Shown here piece after piece: positions 49,846 through 63,950 of a stretch of 64,000 bases of DNA. Location of the stretch: assembly GCF_006345805.1 (NCBI RefSeq), contig NC_043005.1, forward strand, positions 84,010,001 to 84,074,000. Direction: 5' to 3'. The DNA is from Octopus sinensis. Its lineage: Eukaryota. The position numbers and the translations under genes were made by a program. How positions within the stretch are numbered: the stretch's first letter is position 1; every line of letters begins with the position of its first letter. The notes under the pieces are model-generated. The model saw nothing but the letters and a program-made list of their open reading frames with translations. It was not told the origin of the DNA and searched no databases.

Positions 49846-52519
49846 TCCAGTATCGTTTCCATTGATGGAAGAATTCCTGGAACTCTTTTCTGGGAATAGT
49901 GAACAGCTGCCTCATCGCGTTCTCTTGGATTTCTTTGACGTCTTGAAATCTTGGGGTATTCCCTGCAAAGACTTAGCCTTGGTTTCGGTTGGTCATAGCA
50001 TTAGCCATAGACCCACGATTCATCGCCTGTTATGACCATTTTCAAAAAGTTTTTTATCTTCCTCGACACAATCAATGAGATCCTGCACAGCTGAAACCCA
50101 GTCTTCTTTTTGAGACGACCACACTCACCACACTTTACTTCCAGGCACTTCTATAAACAACGGAAGTGAGTGAGAATGTTGTGACTTCGTGCGCATGTGC
50201 AACAGAGTGCAAGAGCAGTCTGTGCGTTACTCTGCGGACTTTAGCTCCGTTACTAAAGCAGCGGTCCCGATACTTTTTTTTTATCATTTCTCGTGTGTGA
50301 GCAGGAAGCAAGACCCGAACGAAGTGGGTGAGAGGTCGAATAAAGAAGACGAGGAAAAAAGTGAAAAACGACAATGTTTATTGTTATTATTGTTGTTTAG
50401 CCCTAGGCTAGGCCTTAATGAGCTGGCCTGTAATCAAAAGCGATCAAGCCATGATCATGTGTCAAGGTTTTTTGTAAAATGATAGGATAATTTGAAGGAG
50501 AATAGAGGTTGTATCTAACAGGTCCATTGATCGCTAAGAAACTCCCTCTTCGGTGTGTTAGACGGTGATGACAGAATAAAGAGCAAGAGAAAGAAAGAAA
50601 GAAAGAAAGGAAGGAAGGAAGCAAAAGAAAAAAAAAGAAAGAAAAGAAAGAAGAAAGTGTGAAAGAAAATGAAGGGAAAAAGGGGAAGGAAAAAAGACGG
50701 AAATGCAGAAATAGAGTAAGAGAAAATAGGAGAGATCAAATAGATGTCGACGTGAGAAAAGGAACGAAAAGAGATAAGAGTGGAACATATGGTTTGATAA
50801 CGAGGATTAGCAAGTCAAACCTACTTCATTATCATCATCATCATCATCATCATCATTTCTAGCAGCAGCAGCAGTACCCTTTCCATCATCACCGTTATAA
50901 TCAAATCTATCGCCATCATCATCACTATCACCACCATCATCATCATTGTCATCTACGTCAGCGTAACATTAGCATCAGTAATCATCACCATCATCATTAT
51001 CATCATTATCGCCACTACCACGACCACGATCACCTCCACCAACACGACGACCACCTCCACCACCACCACAGTCACCACTACCACCGCCTCCACCCCGACC
51101 ACCACCACCACCACCACAACCACCACCACCTCCACCATTACTGTATTCCTTCAAATCACTCTTCATTCGATAAGATCCTATCGTTATGTTTTATCTCACT
51201 TTTAAAACTATTCACCAAACACATTCCCCCCCCCACCACCACCACCATCACGCCCCGCCTCAAAACGATACACGAATCATTCTTTTCTGGTTTTTATTAT
51301 TTTTTTTCCCCCCCAGTTTTTCGAAACTTTTTGTCTCTGTTACTCGTTTCTTCTATTTCTTTTTGGAAATTTCAAACTGCACACACAAACACACACACAC
51401 ACACACACACTGCTGCTAATGGTAGTTTGTAATGCAAGTCTTGCCAGTAGTAGTAGTAGTAGTTGTAGTAGAAGTAGTAGTAGTGGTACCGTCGTTCTAG
51501 CTGTTGGAATTGGGGGTGGTAGTGGTAGTAATAATGGAGGTATTGTGGTAGTAGTAGCCCTGGAATGGGTGAAAGTAGTAGTAGTAGTAGTAGTAGTTAA
51601 TGGTCTTTCGGTTTTATTTCATGCATTCGTGAGCAATGTCTTCTCCGGTTGAAGAACATTATCAACACAGAAGATGTGTCCACCGAACCAAAGAATGGCC
51701 CCCGGGTTGCAGATGGATGCAGCTGTTGTTGTTGTTGTTGTTACTGCTCATGTCGATGTCATTCTGTTGCTGTTTTTGTTATTGTTGCTGTCATTTAAAC
51801 CTTAAACCAACGCTAATGAAGCAGACTAATAGGGTAAAAAAAGAAAACTCTTTCATCCATGACCATCTGTTCAATTTCTACCCGCTCCGGCATCATCTAT
51901 TTTGGATTACAATACTCAAAGTGACCTTTCTGTTGTTATTTAAACAAAAATGAAGAGAAATAACCCAGAGTGACCTGTAGCATATATTTGAACAATCTGG
52001 AGAAATGGTGGTAATCTCTCGTAGTCCTCTCAAAACTTCTGGCCTTATACTTAAATCAGAAATCGTTATTAAAGAGACAGCAAAGGTTATGAGTCGACAA
52101 AATCGTTAACATGTCGGTGAAAAATGCTTAGGGGAATAGAGATTCGATCCCCAATCATAAGCTATTCAGTTTAGGATCACGAGTGAGCTACCGCAGTTTC
52201 ATGTAATTAACCTATGAATCGACCGATCAGCGCGAAGCTGTGGCATGAGATGGCTCCTCGGATAATCTAAAATTTGTACCCTTTTCACCCTTAAAAACTT
52301 TTTGCTGCATAATTTAGAAGCAGACAGTCTTGGGCATTCGTGCAAACTACCTTGGGCACTCACAGAAGGTAAATCACAAAGATCAGACCACATCGGACAC
52401 TTGGATAGATCACCTCAAGCAAAAACCGATTCCAGATGGTCACACACAATGTACCACAGCTAACCTTCCACAAGACATGGCACAGTTCTCTCCTCCCAAT
52501 CGGCAGTTATAATAATAAT

Positions 52520-52930
52520 AATAATGAAATTATTGTATATAGTGCTCAGGTGCACCACAGCTTGTCAAAAGTGCGTATAAAGTATATGCAGTAATGTACA
52601 AATGTCTGGAAAGCGAACAGTGTATGAGTCAGATACATGCTTGCGTGTGTATGGAGGAGAGAAAATCAGGTGCAATGTTGGCGAATCTCAGGAAGCATGG
52701 AAGTTTTGAAGGATGCAGTGCTCCAACAACTAACAACTGATGCCGGCAGTTTGTTCCATACTTCAGCAACTCTTAGCGTGAAAAAATGTTTCCGAAAGTC
52801 ATGGGAATTGTGCTGTTTTCTGACTTTGTAAACATGTCTACGGGCGTTAGACAGATGAAGTTTGAAAAGGTGCTCAGAGTTATTGTTTGTAAGATGGTTA
52901 ATAATTTTAGGGGTGTCTGTCCAAGATATT
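52520..52930 (-). mobile_element. CR1-clade LINE 3' fragment
   Basis: KIINHLTNNNSEHLF...RKHFFTLRVAEVWNKLPASVV plus the shared 3' end and (ATT)n tail. Confidence 0.88.
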
Positions 52931-54011
52931 ATCAATATCTTTCTTTTGTAAACAACTAAAGCCCTTTAGTGTTCAGGCTAGTCTGTCAAATGTAAAGCTT
53001 ATTTATTCGTATGTTTTTTTTGCATTAATTACGCAGTATCTCATAGCTTTGAGAGTTCAATGACATGATAGTCTGTTTTTAGAATGAGATTGTAGGAGCC
53101 AAATCTGGCTGGTTTGAATGTAAGATAGAATATTTGGACCAGATATGGGCAGTTGAAGTGCTAAAGGGTTAAAGTTAAATTTCGTGAGTTGCTTTGTTAA
53201 TTATACACGCAGCCAACTACACCACACTACGATTGTCGTCAACAACACAAACTACATCCAACATAACAACCACCATAACAATGGCGACTAAACCACCTTC
53301 ACGACGGTGGCGTTTCTTCCAGTTTTTTACGTTCTGAAGTTCAATTTCGAGAGAGGTCGACTTTACCTTTCATCCTTTCGGGGTCGATAAAATAAGTACC
53401 AGTTGAGCAATGGGGATCGCTACAATTGATGTTACCCTCCCCGAAAAAGTGCCAAACATGAGAGAGAATTATTAAATAGACGGTAGATTGGCATTATTAG
53501 TAGCGCATCGGACAAAGCACTTTTTGGTATTAGGCTAGAGTTCTGAGTTCGAATTCTGCTAAAGTTAAATTACTTTTTCGTATTTCTGCGGTCGATAAAA
53601 TAAAATACCATTCAAATATTGATGACAATTTAATCGATTACGCCTCTCTGTGTAAATCAATGACTTTGTCTTAATTTAATAAATCGAGGAAAATGCGTTG
53701 CTGTATTTATTCCGGTCATTTATGCTTTTAGTTCAAATCTTTATGCTTTTAGTTCAACTGAGGTTGATGGTATTGTAGCATAGCAGGATAGCTGAATTAC
53801 GTTCCTTCGCTGGTAAACGCCAGCAGGTGGCATGGCAATTCGCACCTATACCGGCGTCTATTGGCTGCTCTTCCTCTCTCGCTATTTCGACACCACGGGA
53901 CACGAATCTCTCTCTTCTGCCTAGGGCCGCAGACCACATGCGGTTACCGCCGTTCTAACGACGTTTGTCTAGCCGTCTTCATATTATCTTCATTATAATG
54001 ACGCCTGCTAA

Positions 54012-54242
54012 GGCGGCGAGCTGGCAGAATCGTGAGCACGTCGGGTGAAATGCTTAGCGTTATTTCGTCTGCCGCTACGTTCTGAGTTCAAATTCCGCCG
54101 AGGTCGACTTTGCCTTTCATCCTTTCAGGGTCGATAAATAAAGTACCAGTTTCGCACTGGGGTCGTTGTAATCGACTTAATCCCTTTGTTTGTCCTTATT
54201 TGTCCCCTCTATGTTTAGCCCCTTGTGGGCAATAAAGAAATA
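54012..54242 (+). mobile_element. SINE family B monomer
   Basis: 13-bp TSD TATAATGACGCCT. Confidence 0.92.
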
Positions 54243-54293
54243 TATAATGACGCCTTCCCAATAGATTTCCGCCCACCGACATTTTCTTGCTTT

Positions 54294-54386
54294 ATGGCGA
54301 CTTCTTCAGTAACCAACTTCATCGCCACAGCCTACGAGACAATTGACGGTCATGTTACCAACTTCATTTACACCTGCTATGAATTT
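54294..54386 (+). other. Candidate first coding exon (MATSSVTNFIATAYETIDGHVTNFIYTCYEF)
   Basis: ATGGCG start in a CpG-rich unique island, ending at a phase-0 GTAAGT donor. No homology recognised. Confidence 0.25.
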
Positions 54387-55659
54387 GTAAGTCCAAGACA
54401 TGAGCTGAATATATTTTTTGGCTAAGCTTCTCACACGACACAGCACACGCGTTTCTGATACCTTTGTAATTTTGTCTCACAACTAGTTAGCTTTTACTTG
54501 TTATCCAAAGGATCCACAACTTGTGAATATTTGATTTCTTACATCATGTTTGTATCTTCTTTCTAGATAAATTCTGTTTATTGTTGTAAGCATTCATCTT
54601 CTTACACTCAACATGCTAAAGCATCGATTAAACCCCTCCCCTCAAAATTGTTAGCCGTGTGTCTAAATTAGAAACCACTTTAAAGTTGTGAATGAATTAG
54701 TTGACTCGTTAAAACGTTGGATAAATTATTTATGCTCTGTGGCATCGTGAGTCATGCTCCAAAATGAAAATACTAAGTGATGTCAGGTGAAGAAGTGACA
54801 TATCTAAGAAGTCTCTTCTTCGACGCAGAGGTTAGTGGGAACGGACGTAGTCTGTGGGTATTCTAGATTATTGCCAGTACTTGAGTTGTGAGTGCCTGTG
54901 AGTCGCAGGGCAAGTTCAAGTCTGCAATTGAAAAGTTCCTTTCGAAGTCGTTTCCTAAAAGTGAAGATAAAATAATTTTTAACCTTTATACTTCAAGCTA
55001 TTCCGACGCTGTTTTCCTTTTGTTAGGTTCAACATGACAATAAAAACAAAGATTAGCAGCAGTATTCTCTGGCTTTTTCCAGCGAAGATATGTAGTGGCC
55101 GGAATAAAAAAAAATAAGGTTTGTCACTAAACTGCAGGGAATACAGGTGAACGACTATATGAGCAAGACCCGGTTCTGTCTGTTTGTGTCCGGTTTCCCC
55201 GACTATATCTCGAAGGGGGCTGCAGCAGCTACTGGACATTGAGACAGTAACAGTGGGCAACTTTGTGAACAGAACAAGAGTATGGAGTATGTTGCAGTAA
55301 GTGTGACGGTGGGGCCCGGTAGATCGGAGCGGAAAACAGCGAAAGGAGAACTCTCAAGGAACCATGCTTCAGGTGTTGAAGTCCGCTCATGGTCAAGGAC
55401 TGGAAAGAGCATTAACCCAAAGTAGTCTGCTATCGGTCAAGTTATTCGCATAGAAATCCACTGCAGTCAAGGAGAAGGAGCTACTGCGCGAGGAGTTGCC
55501 CTGTCATCCAAGCGGAGGCGGTCTTGCATTCGATGCCAGTAATAAGTGTTCAGATGTGGGTGGGGAAGAGAAGCGAGAGTTTGAATGTGTGTTTGTGTGT
55601 GTGTGAGAGAGATAGAGACACTGGAACACCAAGAACTTTATTCAACTCTAACATTTTGA

Positions 55660-55820
55660 ATTTATTGTGGCAAACTTGTCAAACTTCTTGAAGACATCAC
55701 TCGAATCAGAGACAACGGCTCATGGGTGAAAGTTATCTCTCCCAACTTCGCCAAAGCCTCTAATTTTGTGCTGCACAAGCGACTCACGATGAAACATTTT
55801 GCAATGGCTACTAGGGCGAA
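55660..55820 (+). mobile_element. CR1-group RT fragment
   Basis: LEDITRIRDNGSWVKVISPNFAKASNFVLHKRL, a degenerate D.IYLDFAKAFDSVPH.RL motif. Confidence 0.6.
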
Positions 55821-56895
55821 TCTTTATATCCCACAAAGAGTAACGTTCATATACGAATGGAAACACAAGAGAAAAGTACAGTACTGAAGCGTTTCGAGGG
55901 AGTCAGCTTAACCTAACCCAGGTAAGAGCAAGTAATAAAACAATACTAGTCAACAGCTAAGGTTCACTGACTTACCCTACCCACCCCCCGCTACTGTTAG
56001 CCATGTGCCTAAATCAGTAACCATTATTGTAGTACTAGAGCTCTCACGTTTTCAGAAACTGTTGGATGGGTGGAGGATTTGATTGCGTTTTTAAACATTA
56101 ATTGAGCCATGTAAGATAATATATTTTCTTCTCCCAGAATATGAAAACGAATTAAACGAATAGGAAATGCTAATCGTCTTCATAATAACTAAACAGACGT
56201 AAGGAGTGGCGAGGGCGAAGCAAGAAGAGAAAGAGCTTTCTTTCGTGCTGGTGTTGTTTCACTGAAAAAAACTTGCAAATCACCATGATATTGCGTCATT
56301 GCTTAATTATCATCTGCTCCTATTATATCGTATTACTGATATTATCTTCCCGACATAAACCGATAAGATAGTAAACAGAGATGTAAAGACTGACAGATAC
56401 ACGGGTACGTAGACATGCACACAGATAAACGAGGAAATGTTACATAATTGAACGTGACTATGTATACACACACACACATCTACGCATCAGACGCACGCGC
56501 TCATGCACCGAAGAGCCTGGTGCTCCTATGTAATAATGTTAATTGGTGTTACCATGTACATATGCAGAATATTATTCATACAGAGAGATGTGAGTTAATA
56601 AAAAATGAGGAACTAGTCGCAGTAATAATTTTCTTTCGCCTTTATCGCAATGTCGTTCTTGTTTAACTCCTGGCCAATCGCGGTTGTAAATCGTCATGGG
56701 CCCCTGTCATCCACTCTGTTGTAACTATGAGAAACAGCCAACAACCGATGATGGGTCGTTCTTTATGTTGTTTGTTTTGTTTTCCATTTGTGTCTTTCGT
56801 GGTTCCAAAGAATAGCTCATGTTCCATGTACTCGTGCTTCGTATTTTTTTTTGTTTTGTACACGTTTCGTGACGTCCTGTGCCCAAGTATGTGTG

Positions 56896-56959
<64 letters not shown>

Positions 56960-58424
56960 TGTACATATACATATGTATATATGCATATATATATATATGT
57001 TTTATATTATTTACATAATATATATATGCATAGAAAGATAGATATAGATATATATCTATATATGTATATCTATGTATATCTATCTATTTGTATATATCAA
57101 TAATCTATCTATATCAATATATATATTTATATCTATCTATATATCTCTATCTATCTATATATCAATATCTATATATCTATCAATATCTATCTATATCAAT
57201 ATCTATATCAGTCTGTCGCTGTGTTTGTCCTTGCTTCCCACTTGACAACTGGTGTTGGTTTGTTTCCATCCTGGTAACTTAGTAGTTTGGCAAAAAGAGA
57301 CCGATAGAATAAGTACCTGGCTTTAAAAAAAAAAGTTTTGGGGTGGTGGTGGTTCTTTCAACTAAAATTCCTGAAGGTGGTGCCCCAGCATAGCCACAGT
57401 CTAATGACTGAAACAAATAAAAAGATGAAAAAGACAAAAAAAATTCTCGGTATGGCTGTTTGGTATTCTATAGACCTTCGAATGTACCCAAATCATCTCT
57501 ACTATTTCTAGCAAACTAAGTGACCACATAATTACAGCAATTAAAATGAAACCATCAAAGCATATGAGGAAACAAAGTCGAGGTGCATGAAATATCTCCC
57601 TTATCCGCACTTTTTAAAAATTCTAATGCAGTTGTCGTCTACACCATCTGAAAGATATTTGTAGAAATTTTCAGTGAAAAAATAGCCATAGGAAGTTATG
57701 AGTAAACAAAGTCAGGAGGTTGGGGGCACATTTGTGAAGTTATACCATTACTGGAACGCTATTATCATCATCGCTTTAAAGTCCACTTTTCCATGCTTGC
57801 ATGGGTCAGATTAAAGCTGTAGAGGCAATTTTCTGTGACTGGATGCCATTCCTGTCACTTTACTTTTGACCAGATATGTTTTTCATGAAAAATTGGAAAC
57901 AAGAGACACTGCTTTTATGAAGGCGACACTTAGAAATATCACAGAATGTCATGACAAAGTAACACACACACACATGATAGGCTTCTTTCAGTTTCTTATT
58001 TCTTTATTACCCACAAAGGGCCAAACATAGAGGGGACAAACAAGGACAGACAAACGGATTAAGTCAATTACATCGACCCCAGTGCGTAACTGGTACTTAA
58101 TTTATTGACCCTGAAAGGATGAAAGGCAAAGTCGGCCTTGGCGGAATTTGAACTCAGAATGTAGCGGCAGACGAAATACCGCTAAGCATTTCGCCCGGCA
58201 TGCTAACGTTTCTGCCAGCTTGCCACCTTCAGTTTCTGCTTTAAAAATTTATTCACAAGGCTTTGATCATTGTAGTGCTACAGTTAAAGACACTTGCCTA
58301 TGGTGCCATGCAGTGGGACTGAACTCAGAACCACATGGTTGGGAAGTGAACTTCTTAACCACACAGCTATGTCTGTGATGATATTTTTTGCAAGGCTTAA
58401 ACAAAGAAAGATAATGTCAATGAA

Positions 58425-59299
58425 GATTTTACTGTGCCTCACAAATTGTCATCGATGGGGATATCTGCAGTGGGCTCAAAAACGTCAGAACTGGTGATAT
58501 CAGCAGTGGAGGACTGTAGTCTTCTCTGGTGAAGGTCGATATTGCATTTCTGTGGCAGATGGAAGAGCTAGGGTTTGGAGAAGAAGGGGTGAATGTCATG
58601 ATGATGGCCGTGTGGTGGAGAGACTCATGGGGAGGACAGAGCATCATGGTATGGGGCGGGATTGCACTCAACCAGAAGCTTGGACTGGTGGTCTTCCAAA
58701 ACATAGCCAAGGCTGGGGCAATGGAGTAACCACTGCTCGCTACATCGACCAAATATTGAGACCTCACATTGTGCAATACTTTGCTCATCAACGGAATCAT
58801 GTGTTCCAACATGACAACGTCCGTGCCCACACTGCCAGTTTGACAAGACTTCCTCCAACAGCACAACATCCAGAAACTGCCATGTCCTGCCCCAAGTCTG
58901 GACTTGAACCCCATAGAGCAGCTGTGGGATGAAATCCAAAGGCTAAATGACATCTGTCCAAGACTGACAACTGCGGCACAACTCACTGCAAGTTTTAACA
59001 GAGTGTGGGCGGTTGTCTCCATGGACTTCATCAGTTGTTTGGTGCATTCAATGTACATAAGATGTCTGGTGGTAATCAACACCAATGGTGGTCACACAAG
59101 ATATTGAATTCATCCCTTTGGATCCAGTGCACTCTGTCATCATGTGACACCATGTGTCATCAAACATGTTTCAGGAAATGACGTTTTATCATTAGGAATG
59201 AACGGTTTCTTAATTAGCAATCTTCAACCAATGTTATGGCAGTCTGTTAATAAACCCGTTTTTATCTAGTATGTGTGCAATGTTTCTTTTGAGGTTCAG
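58425..59299 (+). pseudogene. Tc1-like (DD34E) transposon 3' half with right TIR
   Basis: W..VVFS.E.R...DGRARVWRRRGE, GGQSIMVWGGI, VFQHDNVRAH, SLDLNPIEQLWDE, NGGHTRY*. Ends ...GAGGTTCAG|TA. Confidence 0.9.
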
Positions 59300-59354
59300 T
59301 ATATATATATATATATAATAGATTATATATATATAATAGAATATATAATAGATT

Positions 59355-59535
59355 GCTAACCACTAAACCTTTTTCTATTTTCTCTCCCTGTTTATTTCTG
59401 TGTTCCTTTCTTTTGAAGAGCGTAGGCTCGAAAAGTAAAAGACTATCTCACTTCCCAAGTGTTAAACTACTACATCTGTTTGTTGTTTACACACCTGTCT
59501 TTGTCTTTTGTTTTTTTGTAAATTCTCACTATATA
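59355..59535 (+). mobile_element. Penelope-like hammerhead-bearing repeat between (TA)n tracts
   Basis: Same family as 14130-14250. Degenerate core CTTTTGA-A-GAGC-GTAG-GCTC-GAAA. Confidence 0.6.
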
Positions 59536-60529
59536 TATATATAAATGTTTTTGTGTATGTAAGACTGTATGTTTGTGTGTACCCTTGCCTAGACATCACG
59601 ATAGTTGTAAATGTGCATCATCATCATCATCATCATACAAGTGAGGTTGTTCATTTCCAGTCTTCTGTAAAAAAAACATGTCTCATCATGCAGAAAATAT
59701 TATCTTGCATGAATAAAACTGAGAAAGAGCATCCAGCTGTAGGAAATCTGCCTCGGACTTATGACCGAGTAGACTTCCAATCCAAGTTGTTCCAGCCATG
59801 ACCATCCCATGTAGTGTGACCATCCTTTGTAGTGTGAGTTTTGCCCAATCTGACAGCTCCCTTCCTTAAACATTTCTTTGACTACAGCAAATATAAAATT
59901 GATATAGGTGGCCTATATAAAGTACACACCCTATGCTATCACTCTATATACCTCACTTCTGAGTTAATCCTAATCCTGATTTTAAATACATAATGGCATT
60001 CATAAAGTGGCCACACCCTATGAAGTTTGCACACCCAGCATATATCCTGTTGCTATGCTACTGAACCATCCCCTCTTTTTTTTCAGGCATCATGCACCAA
60101 AGACCACATTATTTAATGTGTCCTTCTTTCTTAAAATAGTGGGGATGTGATTTGAGGGAGATATGGCTGCTATTTCTAGCAGGTCAACTGACCACATCAT
60201 AAGGGTTTACGTGTTTACCAGTGATTAATTTAATCAAATTAAGGGGTATATGAAGTGCTGAATGGTTAAAAAGTGTACCACCTACAACCACAAGATCCTG
60301 ATTTCAATCACAGAGTGCTGCACCTCTTACTACAGTTTCTAGTCCAGCCTAAGCTTTAGAGCATTGGGTAAAACACCTTGTAGTATTGTCCTGGTTCTTA
60401 GTGTCTGACAACTCTGGGGCCAGAAGGTATCGGCCCCACACAGCAGTCTTTGCCTTGGATAAACATTGGAGGCTTGGAGAGAGGAAGCTTACATCCATGG
60501 GCAACTGCTAGTCTTTCTTGAAAAACCTT

Positions 60530-60892
60530 ACCAACCACATAGTTCCGGGTTCAGTCCCACTGTGTGGCACCTTGGGCAAGTATCTTCTACTATAGCCTCA
60601 GGCTGACCAAAGCCTTGTGAGTAGATTTGGCAGATGGAAACTGAAAGAATCCCATTGTATATATGTATATATATGTGTATGTTTGTGTGTCTGTGTTTGT
60701 CCCCCCAACATTGCTTGACAACCGATGCTGGTGTGTTTACATCCCCGTAACTTAATGGTTCAGCAAAAGAGGCCGATAGAATAAGTATTAGTCTTAGAAA
60801 GAATAAGTCCTGGGGTTGATGCTCAACTAAAGACGGTGCTCCAGCATGGCCACAGTCAAATGACTGAAACAAGTAAAAGAGAGTAAAGAGTA
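60530..60892 (+). mobile_element. SINE family A
   Basis: Lacks the first part of the head. Confidence 0.85.
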
Positions 60893-60992
60893 TATATATA
60901 TAAAATAATAATAATAATAAAAGGGTAAAATTAATTGATAATTAATAATTTTACCAAGTAGTTTGGTATGTTAAAATAACCATTTTAGATAG

Positions 60993-61195
60993 AAATAATC
61001 TATAATTATAAACATAATTATAATCAGGGTTCAGCTAATTGCTTTGCCATGCGCCGAATTTAGAAATAGGAGTTAAAATGCCTTTTCTGCTACCATAAAA
61101 GATCTCCCACGTGTGGATTTATTTCTAAAGTCAGTGCGTGACGAAGCAATTAGCTGATGCCTGATTATAATTATGTTTATAATTATAGATTATTT
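60993..61195. repeat. Inverted repeat, 76-bp arms with 51-nt spacer
   Basis: 60993-61068 versus 61120-61195, about eight mismatches. Confidence 0.88.
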
Positions 61196-61216
61196 GTATA
61201 CATACATATATACACT

Positions 61217-61415
61217 TTTACTCTTTTATTTGTTTCAGTCATTTGGCTGTGGCCATGCTGGAGCACCACCTTTAATCGAGCAAATTGACCCCAGGACTTA
61301 TTCTTCGTAAGCCTAGTACTTATTCTATCGGTCTCTCTTACCGAACCACTAAGTTACGGGGATGTAAGCACACCAGCATCGGTTGTCAAGCGATATTGGG
61401 GGGACAAACACATAT

Positions 61416-61468
<53 letters not shown>

Positions 61469-61627
61469 TATGATGGGCTTCTTTCAGTTTCCATCTACCA
61501 AATTCACTCACAAGGCTTTTTCAGCCCGAGCCTATAATAGAAGACACTTGCCCAAGGTGCCACACAGTGGGACTGAATTCGGAACCATGTGGTTCATAAG
61601 CAAGCTACTTACCACACAGCCACTCCT
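61217..61627 (-). mobile_element. SINE family A
   Basis: Full-length reverse copy. Confidence 0.88.
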
Positions 61628-61630
61628 ACA

Positions 61631-61679
<49 letters not shown>

Positions 61680-61715
61680 CATGAATATATTATTATTATT
61701 ATTATTATCATTATT

Positions 61716-62170
61716 AAGGTGGTGAGCTGGCAGAACTGTTAGCATGCCATGCATAATGCTTAACGGTATTTTGCCTGTCTCTACAATCTGAGTTCAAATT
61801 TTGACGAGGTTGACTTTGCCTTTCATCCTCTTGGGGTTGATAAAATAAGTACCAGTTGCATACTGGGGTCGATGTAATCGACTCATCCCCTCCCCCAAAA
61901 TTGTTGCCCTTGTGGCAAAATTTGAAACCATTATTATTATTATTATTATTATTATGGCAATGAGCTGGCAGAATCATTAGCACACTGGGCAAAATGCTTA
62001 GTGTTATATAGTCTGTCACTATGTTCTGAGTTCAAATTCCTCTTAAGTTGACGTTGCCTTTCATCCTTTCGGGGGTTGATAAATTAAGTACCAGTGGAGT
62101 ACTGGGAGTTGATGTAATCAACTAGTCCCCTCCCCCCAAATTTGAGGCCTTGTGCCTTCAGTAGAAAGGA
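61716..62170 (+). mobile_element. Two tandem short-tail family B SINEs separated by (ATT)n
   Basis: Two heads GGTGAGCTGGCAGAA..., each ending in CCTTGTG...(ATT)n. Confidence 0.8.
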
Positions 62171-62659
62171 TTATTATTATTATTATTATTATTATTATTT
62201 AGCTAAAAATATATGTAATTTCTACCAAATGTATTCAATGCCTCTTGTGTTTTTTTTTACTCACTCAGTCAATGACAGGAATATCATAAAAAGGGACTTG
62301 TCTCTCATGTCAGTTCATAACGTCTGCCTTTCTGGTCTCTGCTACTGAAGAGGAGATAATCACTTCAAAATGCATGCATCCCATAGTCTGGTTAGATGCT
62401 GACTTGGGCAGACTTGGCATATTTACACCTATCTATGGTTTGTAGGGATGCAGTATTTCATTATGCAACCATAATATACTATAAGTACATTTATAATTCA
62501 ATACTGTGTTCTACTGTGTTAGCAGTGCTATTACATCATTTGTTAAGGATAGGATGAAAAAAGCTATGGCATATACACCCATTACCCATTTTTTCATCCT
62601 TGATCTCATTGTTTGTTTACATCTGATGTCTTGGATATAAAACATAGCAAAAATCAGTA

Positions 62660-63043
62660 CTTTTACTATTTTACTTGTTTGAGTCATTTGACTGTGGCTA
62701 TGCTGGAGCACTGCCTTTTGTCGAGCAAATCGACCCCAGAGTTTATTCTTTGTAAGCCTAGTACTTATTCTATTGGTCTCTTATGCTGAATCACTAAGTT
62801 ACGGAGATGTAAACACACCAGCATCAGTTGTCATGCGATGTTGGGGGGACAAACACAAATATATACACACATATACATACATATACACGAAGGGATTCTT
62901 CCAGTTTCCATCTCCCAAACCACTCACAAGCCTTTGGTCGGCCCAAGGCTATAGTAGAAGACACTTGCCCAACGTGCCATGCAGTGGGACTGAACCTGGA
63001 ACCATGTGGTTGGTAAGCAAGCTACTTATCACACAGCCACTCC
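62660..63043 (-). mobile_element. SINE family A
   Basis: Reverse copy. Confidence 0.85.
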
Positions 63044-63399
63044 TGTGCCCTATAATTTCTAAAGAAAATCTGTAGAAATGACCTCAACAAGTTACACCTA
63101 TTTGTTAATTGTGAGAAATTTTTTCTCCATAACAAAACCAGGTGAGTGACTTCCTTATGGGTTCGAATATGCTTCAGACATGTTTGAACTGGTAACAAAT
63201 TTATATTGATACACATCACTGCTCAGCACTATCCATCCATCCATCAATCAATCAATTAATCAATCGATCAATCTATCATAGCTGCATCCTCATTACACGA
63301 GAAAAGCCATTGCCAAGAAGTCTTACTGAAATCATTATTGTTGTCATGTGATGCCCTTATATGACTTTTAAGCCTGGCCAGACTTTTACACATTTTATT

Positions 63400-63575
63400 A
63401 GATACTGGACAACTGTGCTGGCTGGCAGGAGAAACAGGTGCTACCATATGCACTCTCTTAATATGGCTTTTCAGAGAGGGTGTTGCTGTTTGTGTGTGGT
63501 TTGTGGGAGGAGGTGTTTGAGTCGTGCAGGCCTGGTGAGCCATCAAAAATCTCACAGGGATCGACTCATGATGAA
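63400..63575 (+). mobile_element. RTE-type LINE C-terminal zinc-finger remnant
   Basis: CVVCGRRCLSRAGLVSHQKSH, the C2H2 finger typical of RTE/RTE-X ORF ends. Confidence 0.55.
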
Positions 63576-63604
63576 CAGTGATGCAGCTATTAAAATTCAC
63601 AACA

Positions 63605-63950
63605 GAACATACATACATACACACATACATGCACACGCATGCGAGCATGTGCACACACACGCACACATACACACACATATACATGCATATGCACACACAC
63701 ATGCACATGCAGACACACGTGCATGCACACACACGCATACGCATGCATGCATACACATGTATGCATACACATACACACATACACGTGCATACACACACAC
63801 ATGCATGCACACACACATGCATGCATACACACATACACACGCACGCACACACATGTATACACACATGTATACACCCAAACATATCCATACACACACATGC
63901 ATACACACACATGCGAACACACACACATGCATATACACACATACATTCAT
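63605..63950. repeat. Degenerate (CA/CATA/CATG)n microsatellite
   Basis: Directly visible. Confidence 0.9.
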
